Source: Bacteriovoracaceae bacterium
GTDB taxonomy: Bacteria > Bdellovibrionota > Bacteriovoracia > Bacteriovoracales > Bacteriovoracaceae
Assembly (NCBI GenBank): GCA_049599895.1
Contig: JBMYPC010000019.1
Location: 1 to 31,974 of the forward strand
DNA: 31,974 nucleotides
Direction: 5' to 3'
Positions 7,878-16,779 of this stretch are shown in pieces; the first letter of the stretch is position 1, and each line of letters begins with the position of its first letter. The notes beneath the pieces are model-generated. The model saw only the letters and a list, made by a program, of their open reading frames with translations. It ran no database searches and was not told where the DNA came from. The position numbers and the translations under genes are program-made.

Positions 7878-8795
7878 ATGGAAGATTATATACCAGTTAG
7901 ATTAAAAACCCTAAGACCTGATTCGAGTGTTAATTTTGACCTATATATAAAAGTAGGAACACGGTTTGTTCACTATATTCGTGACCAGGACCCAATCGAC
8001 AGCGAAAGAATTGTCTCTCTCAAAAGTAAAAAAGTGAGAAAGCTCTTTATCCCTTTTGATCATGAACAAAAGTATTTAACTTATCTCGATACTGGTCTTG
8101 ATCTTTTAGACTCTGATGATCTTCCTATTGAGGCCAAGGCTGAAATGGTTCACGACACTATGATCACTTCGGCTGAGAATGTAGAAAAAGCACTCGATAC
8201 AGAAGAAGGCTTTAAGCAGACTCAAGATCGTTTTGGAAAAATTACCGATTTTCTTCTTAAAGACAGTGGGGCCCTTAAAAATATACTAATGGCAGCTGGA
8301 ACATCCCTTGATAACCACCATCACGCAGCAACTGTTTCATCCATGGCCTTAGGTCTAGCTGCTGCTCAAAAAGAGCTAAGTTCGATTGAAATGCTAGAGC
8401 TTGGAATTGCCGCTCTCGTACACGATATTGGGAAAAATAAACTCCCCTTTGATCCGATGACACCTGTTTCAGAGCTTCGAGGGGAGGATTTAATCCGCTA
8501 TCGAAAACATGCTGCAGACTCGGTAGATCTTTTAGCAGGTAAGCCTTATATCTCTCCACGAATCTTAAGCCTTGTTGGTGACCATGAAGAGATTGGAAAA
8601 GGCCAGGGTTTCCCTAATAAGAAAAACTATTTTCGCTTAAAACTTCCATTTCAAATTCTCAATCTTTGTAATGCCTATGATCGCTTCTGCTTTGAAAGAA
8701 AGATTACCCATGCTGAGGGGATTGAAGAATTTGGGACGACTGAGCTCGAACACTTCGATCAAAAGCTATTCGAGCTCCTTTCAACACTTGCTTAA
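7878..8795 (+). CDS. HD-GYP-like protein with a degenerate metal site
   Basis: HDIGK retained; HHE->HEE, GYP->GFP, DxYD->NAYD; GAGG SD. Confidence 0.85.
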   Translation: MEDYIPVRLKTLRPDSSVNFDLYIKVGTRFVHYIRDQDPIDSERIVSLKSKKVRKLFIPFDHEQKYLTYLDTGLDLLDSDDLPIEAKAEMVHDTMITSAENVEKALDTEEGFKQTQDRFGKITDFLLKDSGALKNILMAAGTSLDNHHHAATVSSMALGLAAAQKELSSIEMLELGIAALVHDIGKNKLPFDPMTPVSELRGEDLIRYRKHAADSVDLLAGKPYISPRILSLVGDHEEIGKGQGFPNKKNYFRLKLPFQILNLCNAYDRFCFERKITHAEGIEEFGTTELEHFDQKLFELLSTLA

Positions 8796-8798
8796 GAT

Positions 8799-10718
8799 TT
8801 ATTTTTTATGAAGTTCTGAGTCTGTGTAGGCAAAGTAAACGTCTACGAGAGAGCCAGTTTTCACTTTTCCTTTACTCATGTACTTAATCTTGCTTTTTCC
8901 TTTAAACATTGCTCGGCTATCAATATTGTACTGATATTCAGGATCAAAGGTTTCATTCACATCAAGTTCAATAAGGCCAAACTTTGCAACAGAGATAAGT
9001 TCATCTGATGTTCCAATTCCATCTGAGTTTTTGTCTTTCCAAAGATAGAGTTTTTGAAAAATAGGATCTTTAGCATCGATTTTTTTATCTTTATTGTCGT
9101 CATACTCAAGAAGCTTTTTAAAGCCATTAGGGTTGGCTCGATTACCATTATCGCCAAACAATTGATTAGGTGACGTTACTCCAGCTTTTAAGCTTTCTGC
9201 CTGGACAAGGAAGTATCCTTGATGGTTCTCTTCGGGCCAAAAGGTTTGCTTATGAGAAAGAAAATGACTCTTTTTATTGAATTTTGGATGTTTGTAATCT
9301 TGAAAAACCATTAAGGGGGAATGGTAACCACCACAATACCCATCGGCTCCTGGGTATTGCGCTCTAACATGAATGAAGTTTTTTTCAGGCTTTTTTGTAA
9401 TTTGAATTTTTGAGTCTAATTTACCATCAATCCCGTAATATTTGGGAGTGTAGCGAAGAGTTGTATCCCAATATGTTTGACAACCACTTTTCCAAAGACA
9501 AGTGTCATATGTCTTCTGGTTTGTATTGACCCCTGATAATACTTGAGCCGCTGATACACTTGCATTCTTAACTTCTTGATCTGAGAGTGCATAACTCGCG
9601 TGAAATGCCCCTCTAAAGCAGCGGCTGATCTTTACACCTTTGTTTTCAAATGAGTTTTCAAACTTTCTGATTTTTTGGGACAGAGTAATATTTTGTTTTT
9701 TATCTTCTTGGTATGTCCCAAATGTTTCTACAATATCATCAAAACTAAGACCATCAGTGGCAAAAACTTGGCAATGATCTTCAACCTTTCCAGAGCCTCC
9801 TAAAAGAGACATGTCAGTCATCTCTTGAATGTTAATATCTTCAAATCCAGTCGGCTTTTTATAAGTTCGCCATTGCCACGATCTTCCGATACGAACTCTT
9901 TTTTTGTCGCTTGTTTCTTTTAGGGTACATGAGTTGAAACATTCTGCTGAATTGCTCACATCCATTGAACAGGCCATAGCACAAAGCGATTCTCGAAAAC
10001 ATTTATTAACCACGTTGTTATTTTTTGCGATATGTTCTTCTCCGTGAATATTCATACACATGGTGGCGGCTTGTTTAAAAAATGAAGAATCAAAGTTCGT
10101 TGATTTACAAATATTGCTCGTTCCTACATTCTGGTCGAGGACTTGGTAGAAGATTTCATTAATTTCTGCTGAGTAAAGAGGGTGCCAGTCTTTGATTCTT
10201 GTTTTGTATTGATCATTAACATCTGTAGAGAGAAGATTGGCAAAACCGGAATTATCTTCAGAGATAATAGGCTTAAATGAGACTCCCGAGTTAAAGCATT
10301 TGTCGGGGCTTTTTTCGCAGTCAAGATTACAGAGATTTGGATTCGCTTCACAATACTTATTACAGCTGTTTTTATAAACTTTTTGAACTGAATCAAGAAC
10401 ACTGAGAATCATTGTGTTTGATCTTTGTCGGTCTGCAAATCGTCCAATATGTTGAAGAATAAGTCTTTTTCCTCCACCAAGTTCAAGATGAAGTTGAGTC
10501 TTAGCATCTGGGTTAAGAGGGTTTTTTGATGACCTGTTATTTTGGCCAAAACATGCTGGTTCGTAGAGAACGCCATCAAGTTTTGTGGGGACATAGAGCT
10601 CACTTTTAGGGATTGAAAGGGCGTTGCCACTCATTCCTGTAGGAGTCACTGAGGTTTGCGCTTGAAGGTTGAGACTGATAAACAAACTAGCGATAAATAG
10701 TGAGAATGTAAGTTTCAT
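8799..10718 (-). CDS. Secreted Cys-rich protein with C-terminal Ca-binding FrpC self-processing-module-like domain; occupies the PilY1 position
   Basis: Signal peptide (LQA|Q); many Cys; C-terminal SPL…W…GYFLV…QLFGDN…NGF..L.EYDDNKDKKIDAKDPIFQKLYLWKDKNSDG…DELIS; GGAG SD. Confidence 0.75.
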   Translation of the reverse strand: MKLTFSLFIASLFISLNLQAQTSVTPTGMSGNALSIPKSELYVPTKLDGVLYEPACFGQNNRSSKNPLNPDAKTQLHLELGGGKRLILQHIGRFADRQRSNTMILSVLDSVQKVYKNSCNKYCEANPNLCNLDCEKSPDKCFNSGVSFKPIISEDNSGFANLLSTDVNDQYKTRIKDWHPLYSAEINEIFYQVLDQNVGTSNICKSTNFDSSFFKQAATMCMNIHGEEHIAKNNNVVNKCFRESLCAMACSMDVSNSAECFNSCTLKETSDKKRVRIGRSWQWRTYKKPTGFEDINIQEMTDMSLLGGSGKVEDHCQVFATDGLSFDDIVETFGTYQEDKKQNITLSQKIRKFENSFENKGVKISRCFRGAFHASYALSDQEVKNASVSAAQVLSGVNTNQKTYDTCLWKSGCQTYWDTTLRYTPKYYGIDGKLDSKIQITKKPEKNFIHVRAQYPGADGYCGGYHSPLMVFQDYKHPKFNKKSHFLSHKQTFWPEENHQGYFLVQAESLKAGVTSPNQLFGDNGNRANPNGFKKLLEYDDNKDKKIDAKDPIFQKLYLWKDKNSDGIGTSDELISVAKFGLIELDVNETFDPEYQYNIDSRAMFKGKSKIKYMSKGKVKTGSLVDVYFAYTDSELHKK

Positions 10719-10760
10719 AACTTGCTCCTATACAAGTCTTAATTATAAAGGAAGAACCTG

Positions 10761-11786
10761 TTAGCGCATGTTTACATCGAACTTTATGCTGGCTGCATCA
10801 CTGAATCCTCTGTAAAAACGAAGGTTTCGAACCTTTTGAAAGATCGTTTTTTCCCTGAAATTAGTGCCATCTAAAGTTGCCAATCTGGTGATCTTGTAAA
10901 AATTCTTGCCTAGATCTTCTGTTTCTTCAGTTTCAGACGGATCGGATTTATAAATAACGATCTCCACAGGGGTGACTTTGAGGGACTTCACACCAACAGT
11001 AGGAAAGCAGTCGAGAAAGTCTTTAAAAGTTTCGATTTTTGGGATTGATGTATCACAATGAGATTTCATGACATTATAAAGCTCTGTTTCAATAGAGGTA
11101 TCGGGAACAGTAATTTTATTGATCACTTCAAGTTTTGTATCATCAAGATAAATGAGAATGGCATAGCTTTTGGTCTTTCCGCCTTCAACCTGATCTGTCA
11201 TGGCCTGAACTTTATAGAGACCTTGATTTTCCATCCCTGCAAGAGTTCCAGTATCATCATCCAGGTTCTTTGCTTTTAGGGCATTTTGAAAACTTACTTT
11301 TGTTACTTCCGAACCAGCTGTTTGAAGGTCATTGGGGTCAATGATGACAGAGTTAAAACGAGCTCTTCGGGTATTTGAGAGGAACATGATATAGCTTGAA
11401 TCAGAGTTAAGTTCAATTTCTCGACCTTGGCAATAACGTTTCTCTGTGAGTTCCCAAAAATCAATATCAGTTGAAGTGGTGCTGTCAAAACAAGGGGAGG
11501 GTTTTGTTTCTAAATTATAATTGTTGGCAACTTTAAGTTCTGTAAAAAAGAAATTAGGGGCAGCTCCTCTCAAGTCTCTTGTCAGGTAAATCCTTGCAAA
11601 AGATTCGTCAATTAATTGACCTGATTTTTCTTCATGGTAAGACTCAAGTTTATTTTTTTGTTGTGATACGGCAATGATCCCAGCCGTGATGATCGTTGTT
11701 AGTCCCATGGCCACGACCAGTTCGACAAGCGTGATACCTGATTGGTTAAGGATGTGTCTGTTGTGTTTTAATAAGTGTTTCATCAT
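10761..11786 (-). CDS. Type IV minor pilin/pseudopilin, PilW/GspJ-like
   Basis: Class III signal QSG|ITLVELVVAM with E at +5, followed by a hydrophobic helix; 341 aa. Confidence 0.85.
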   Translation of the reverse strand: MMKHLLKHNRHILNQSGITLVELVVAMGLTTIITAGIIAVSQQKNKLESYHEEKSGQLIDESFARIYLTRDLRGAAPNFFFTELKVANNYNLETKPSPCFDSTTSTDIDFWELTEKRYCQGREIELNSDSSYIMFLSNTRRARFNSVIIDPNDLQTAGSEVTKVSFQNALKAKNLDDDTGTLAGMENQGLYKVQAMTDQVEGGKTKSYAILIYLDDTKLEVINKITVPDTSIETELYNVMKSHCDTSIPKIETFKDFLDCFPTVGVKSLKVTPVEIVIYKSDPSETEETEDLGKNFYKITRLATLDGTNFREKTIFQKVRNLRFYRGFSDAASIKFDVNMR

Positions 11787-12266
11787 TTAGAAACTTCCAA
11801 CTGTTCTTGTGTATATTCTTGTTTTGCTACCCTCAAACTGTGGATGGTAAATCTTAATCACGAGTTCATTGAGAGTGTTATATCCAGCTTCTGTTTTGAT
11901 AAAAACTCCATACCTTCCTGGACAATCAGAACATTTATCAGGTGTCGTCACCACCCCTTGCTGGTTCCAAACAAAGGGCATCTCTTGGACATTACCAAGG
12001 ATGTCACCTTCTGTTTTTGATGAGAAGTTAACTTGATAGTTTTTTGCGTTACTCACCATAGTGCTTAGCAAACTGCTTGAGACAGTCATACCAACTTCAT
12101 AAGTTTTGGCCCTGGTAATATTCTGTGAGACAATCCCCATTCCCTTCATTATAAAAAGTGAAGTTCCCGCTAAAATTGCAGAGGCGATAATAACTTCAGT
12201 TATGGTAAAGCCTGCTTGGTTTAATTTAAATGGGCTACTTTCGTTTACTTTATTGTTCTTTTTCAT
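11787..12266 (-). CDS. Type IV minor pilin, PilV/GspI-like
   Basis: QAG|FTITEVIIAS prepilin motif; 159 aa; start overlaps the upstream stop (TAATG). Confidence 0.87.
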   Translation of the reverse strand: MKKNNKVNESSPFKLNQAGFTITEVIIASAILAGTSLFIMKGMGIVSQNITRAKTYEVGMTVSSSLLSTMVSNAKNYQVNFSSKTEGDILGNVQEMPFVWNQQGVVTTPDKCSDCPGRYGVFIKTEAGYNTLNELVIKIYHPQFEGSKTRIYTRTVGSF

Positions 12267-15200
12267 TACTCTTCGGCCTGTTTTTGTTCATAGGTTTTGA
12301 GCCAGAATTTTTCACTTAATTTATAAAAAGATAATCTTTTGTAGATTCCACTTGGGGCACATTCAGTAGGAGAAGTTGGTCCCGCAAGACCACACTCCGG
12401 TGTAAAGGAAGTCCAGCGAAAGGGATCGGCTCTTTTAATAAGTGTTGCCGAATCACAGTTTCGAATCGCCTCTAATGTGTCGCCTGGAGCATCATCTTTC
12501 CAGATGGGGGTATCGGGTTTTGACTTACAAATATCAGTTTCAATAACGTCTTGATCTTGTAAAAGTTCCGTTGCTTTTGGGTGGTGGATACTCATCCAGT
12601 CAATTCCATTTTGAATAGCACTAGAATGAATTTCTAATTGATCAACGATGAATGTCCCTAACATGATAAGGGGATCGTTTCTTTGCTCAACTTTAAGTCT
12701 TCGGCAGGTAAAAAAGCCCATAACAATTTCGGCTTCAGGTTTAATTGTACAAAGGTCAATAATAGAATAGGTGTGGAATAATTCTTGATTGTGATCACCT
12801 ATAATAATTGAATTTGGAAGCTTTTCAGAGGTTGTCGTCGGTTTGTAGAGCATTTCCCAAATGGAAGTTGCACTTCCTGATCGACCAATGCTTCGCGGGT
12901 CGTATTGAAATCTTTTTGAAAGAGGTTTGAAGTTCCAAGAGTGGAATGATCCTTCAGTGTAATCATTCCCGACTGAAATATATTTAGGCTCTGATATACC
13001 TTCCCCGCAATAACCGGCGTAACTGATAGGTCTGTCTTTGTCATCATTAAGAGGATAAGTCTTATCAGGGTCCATTTTTGTAAAATCAAGAAGAGATCTT
13101 AATTCTTCATTAGAAAGATTAAGTTCACCCGAAGCTTCTTTTGTAAATGTTGGTTTGTAGTCAGTGGAAGTATTATCGGCGCTATAGGTGTTTGAATGAC
13201 CATCCATAAAACGCCAGTTTCTATTTGCGTTTGATTCGGTATAGCCCTTGAAGTCAAGCTCAAGTCCCATTACCTGATCACCGGCCATTTTTGGTTTGAG
13301 ATAGATTCTTCTGGCGAGATACTGTTCTGGTTTATAGAAATTAGGTCCCATCTCTAAAATAAGATCAAGAGCATCTTCTCTTTCGTTTCGATCGGTTATT
13401 GATTCATAGCTGTTGAGATAATCGCTTTTCGTGTTTTTTGCAGTGGCCATGGTAATGGCCATGTCAAGGTTAAGAACCGGTAGCTGATAAAAGAAAAAGC
13501 CTTCTGGGAGTGAAGTCTGGTTACCGTTTTGGTCAACAAGTTTCACTTCCACATCGACCACACTGGGTGCTCTTACATAATTTCCACTATCTTTTGGAAC
13601 GGCATTATCAATGGATTCAGCAGAGACTTGAAGATAGTATTTTGATTGGAGAGTTTTGATGCTCAGAAATCTTGAATAATCAAGGCCATCGCTATCGGAT
13701 TCAGGAAGGTGTTCAGGTCTTGGACCAATGTCGACACCAGAATTATTATCGGCTTCTGTCGTTTTATCTTGGGCCTCTTTTCTTTTGTTGGCAGCATCTG
13801 CAAGTCGGTCACTATAGGTGGAGTCGTCTTGCATGTCTTGAATGGCCTTGATGATTTCTTTGATCATGGTCTTTCTTTTTTCGACTAAGACTTTTTGATA
13901 GGGGTTGTTTGTGATTTCTCTCAGTTCATCGGCAAAACCATCTCTTATAATTTCACTTGCCTCTTCACCTTGGTCTGAATCAACGACTTCAGCGGTGATT
14001 GTATTTTTTGTTGGTCTTCTATTCCCTACTGCATCTCTGAAGGCTCTAATAAAGTTCACAAGCCCAAGTCGGTCTTCAATTTCTCTTTCAAGCTCTCGTC
14101 TTGCCCTATCTGTTTTGACATCTTCATTTCCTGTTATAACGAGAGAGTCAACTGCCTTAAGTATACTGTCATGCATTCTATCGGCATCGTTTTCAACGAG
14201 GTCAACATAGCTTTGATTGGCAAGAAGTTTAACAGCATCAAGTTCTGCTTGGGGCATACCAATGTTTTCAAGCTCCTCATTCATTTTCTTTTTGGCATCA
14301 TCGATTTTTTCTTTATGGGCCTTCTTTTCTCCATTTGAGTTATCACCCATGGCATCCTTGAAGTCATCTTTGGCTTTTTGAATCGCTGGGTAAAGAACTC
14401 TTTCTTTAACTTCTGTTAGAGCGTCTCTCTCAATTGTATCTGCTTCAGATTCTAGATTCGCAGCATCGTTTCTAAGAGTCGTAATGGCCGTGACATTTGC
14501 AGCATTTTTCTCTGCAAATTCTTTGTCGTAAGCCACTTGTTCTTCTCTTAGTTTTTCACCATATTCAGCATGTCTATTTTTCATGATTTCATGAACATCA
14601 TCTTTGAGATAACTTGCCGTGTAGCCAATCAAATGAGTGATGTCGATTTGCGCTTTTTTATCAGGGCCAACTCCAACTCCTACTTGAATTGGAGTTTGGT
14701 CAGAGGGGTTGTCTGTATAAGTGCCTTTAAAATAAAGTTGGGGATTTGTTTCATGAATTTCATCAATGTTTTTAATCTTGATGGGGGAGTAGACTTTTTC
14801 AAGAGCCCGAAAAAATTCTTTATACTCTCCATTACTTAAACCTACGACAAGAGTTCCTTCAGTTGAGATGAACTCTGAAAAAAGAGCTTCAGAAAGATCT
14901 GAGGGGAGGGCCCTTCTTCTTATCCCTTTTTCATTGACGGCATAATTTTCAAGAGCCTCTGGAGGATTAACATATTTATATTTTTTAAGTGGACCACTGG
15001 AGGGAATGTTATAGAGATAGTCAGCTGCGTTCGTTGTGGCTTCATCAGCATCAGCCTTAATCGGTGGAGTGGTAGGAGAGACAATTGAGAGTCCCATGTT
15101 CCTCGCAGTTGGAAAAAAGGTATTTTGACCACTGGTGTGTTTCGCGATCTCATTAAAAATATTATAATAACCCTTATCATAAAGATATTCAGGGTCATCA

Positions 15201-16597
15201 CTTTTAAAGGTTCTGTGTTCTAAGCTAAAAAAGAGAATTGATTCGCTAATAATATCAGGAGTTCTCACCAAATGATTACTATCATTTGTGGTTGTGGGAA
15301 GAGTAAACTCAAATTCGATAAACTCATTAAGTTCAGTAAGTCCTAAGCGAAAGGCATTTTTATTTCTGGCAACGTCTGGATGAGTTCTTATCACGAGTTT
15401 AGACTGGGCTTGAATTGATTGGTTTACAAGACGATCAGAGTAGGGAAAACACGCATCTCTAAAAAATTGGACCTCATCATTACTAAGGGCTTCAGATGAT
15501 TTGCTGAACATAATTTCCATTGCTTCACTATAGTTTTCTCTAACCACTCCACCTTTAATCCCCTCGTAACCAGAGTACTCTGATAAGAGGTTTGTCTTTC
15601 CATCTGGAGAGAAATTACTGACACTTGTGCCTTTATAAGTTTGCAGTGATTGCCCTATAAAAATCGGCGAAAGAAATTGAATCATTGGCTTGATATCTGA
15701 TTTTGTGTCCTCGGCCTCGGGAATCACAAAGTTTCGATTCACGTAAACCGGTGAATGAAACCTAAGACCCGATTCATTTCTAGTGGGTGCAGGAAGGCCT
15801 AAAACATTAAGGATTCTTCCATTATCAACCTCCTCATCGGGAGAAAGAAGGTTTTTTCCGATATAGAGGTCTCGGTTTACAGCAAGAGCGTAGTTATTCA
15901 CCATAAAAGGAGAATAGAGTCCGTAAAGTTCTCCTTCATAGCGAACAAAATTGTCTTGATCAAAGAGATAGATTCTTACCAGGACTTCAAATTGGCTTTC
16001 GTCATTGTCTGTTTTTTGAGGATTGTTGCCGCCGTCAACAATATAGTGAAAGCGCACTTTCGTTATGATGTCTGCTGAGCTTGGTCCATCTTCAGCTAGT
16101 TCTTCTTCGGTTGGCCCATCGTCAGCTTCGTTTTCTTGTTTTTTAGAAACTCTAATAGACTTTACAATTTTTGAGAGAACATGGTTTGAAGAGATGTCAG
16201 TCATTGAAACAGTGAAGTCTAATTCTTTAAGTTTGAGATTACTGTATTCGGGAACGGCCTCTTCGATCTTGGCTGCTGTAAAACTTGGAAGAACAAGCCT
16301 TGCAAAGTTTCCTTCACTGTCCCATTCACATTCATCATCAAGATCTCTGAGTTGCACGAGATCAAGACATTTTCTTTCAAGGATTAAGGCATTGGCATAA
16401 GCAAGGACACTTGAAGCCGCTGTTTCATTGGAAACTCTTTTAGCAGAAAAGCTTGAAACCTTAATGAAGTTTGAATGCTCCACGAATTTCAGAACCGCAA
16501 ATGTCATCACGGCACTAATCATCGAAGTCGCAATAAGAGAGACGCCAATTTTATTTGTAAGGAGAGTCCTTACAGCTTTAAAAATCCTTTTTTCCAT
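12266..16597 (-). CDS. Giant (1443 aa) PilX/GspK-like pilin
   Basis: Basic leader then KIG|VSLIA plus a hydrophobic helix lacking E5 (PilX/GspK hallmark); first gene of the minor-pilin cluster; central charged helical region; Cys-rich ends. Confidence 0.7.
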   Translation of the reverse strand: MEKRIFKAVRTLLTNKIGVSLIATSMISAVMTFAVLKFVEHSNFIKVSSFSAKRVSNETAASSVLAYANALILERKCLDLVQLRDLDDECEWDSEGNFARLVLPSFTAAKIEEAVPEYSNLKLKELDFTVSMTDISSNHVLSKIVKSIRVSKKQENEADDGPTEEELAEDGPSSADIITKVRFHYIVDGGNNPQKTDNDESQFEVLVRIYLFDQDNFVRYEGELYGLYSPFMVNNYALAVNRDLYIGKNLLSPDEEVDNGRILNVLGLPAPTRNESGLRFHSPVYVNRNFVIPEAEDTKSDIKPMIQFLSPIFIGQSLQTYKGTSVSNFSPDGKTNLLSEYSGYEGIKGGVVRENYSEAMEIMFSKSSEALSNDEVQFFRDACFPYSDRLVNQSIQAQSKLVIRTHPDVARNKNAFRLGLTELNEFIEFEFTLPTTTNDSNHLVRTPDIISESILFFSLEHRTFKSDDPEYLYDKGYYNIFNEIAKHTSGQNTFFPTARNMGLSIVSPTTPPIKADADEATTNAADYLYNIPSSGPLKKYKYVNPPEALENYAVNEKGIRRRALPSDLSEALFSEFISTEGTLVVGLSNGEYKEFFRALEKVYSPIKIKNIDEIHETNPQLYFKGTYTDNPSDQTPIQVGVGVGPDKKAQIDITHLIGYTASYLKDDVHEIMKNRHAEYGEKLREEQVAYDKEFAEKNAANVTAITTLRNDAANLESEADTIERDALTEVKERVLYPAIQKAKDDFKDAMGDNSNGEKKAHKEKIDDAKKKMNEELENIGMPQAELDAVKLLANQSYVDLVENDADRMHDSILKAVDSLVITGNEDVKTDRARRELEREIEDRLGLVNFIRAFRDAVGNRRPTKNTITAEVVDSDQGEEASEIIRDGFADELREITNNPYQKVLVEKRKTMIKEIIKAIQDMQDDSTYSDRLADAANKRKEAQDKTTEADNNSGVDIGPRPEHLPESDSDGLDYSRFLSIKTLQSKYYLQVSAESIDNAVPKDSGNYVRAPSVVDVEVKLVDQNGNQTSLPEGFFFYQLPVLNLDMAITMATAKNTKSDYLNSYESITDRNEREDALDLILEMGPNFYKPEQYLARRIYLKPKMAGDQVMGLELDFKGYTESNANRNWRFMDGHSNTYSADNTSTDYKPTFTKEASGELNLSNEELRSLLDFTKMDPDKTYPLNDDKDRPISYAGYCGEGISEPKYISVGNDYTEGSFHSWNFKPLSKRFQYDPRSIGRSGSATSIWEMLYKPTTTSEKLPNSIIIGDHNQELFHTYSIIDLCTIKPEAEIVMGFFTCRRLKVEQRNDPLIMLGTFIVDQLEIHSSAIQNGIDWMSIHHPKATELLQDQDVIETDICKSKPDTPIWKDDAPGDTLEAIRNCDSATLIKRADPFRWTSFTPECGLAGPTSPTECAPSGIYKRLSFYKLSEKFWLKTYEQKQAEE

Positions 16598-16725
16598 ACC
16601 TTAAATTCTAACATGATTGCTCTTTGAGTTACTAGGCATGAACAGGGGGATAAATAATGAAAAGGCTCAAGATTTCAATAGGTTTAGAAGTTTTTTAGTC
16701 GGGCAAAGAGAGGTTGAGAAGAGAT

Positions 16726-16760
16726 AAGGTAGGTGGCAATAAAACATGCCACCTACTTTT
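16726..16760. terminator. Strong hairpin downstream of nrdA, likely terminator
   Basis: Perfect 10-bp stem GTAGGTGGCA(16729-16738)-N8-TGCCACCTAC(16747-16756). The clean T tract is on the + side; the minus side has only a pyrimidine-rich tail. Confidence 0.65.
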
Positions 16761-16779
16761 TCAATTTGAGATTAAATTC

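Noticed and set aside
16733..16751. sigma54 promoter in the TGGCA-containing hairpin after nrdA
   Set aside because: The spacing is GG-N11-GC on both strands; a hairpin explains the sequence better.
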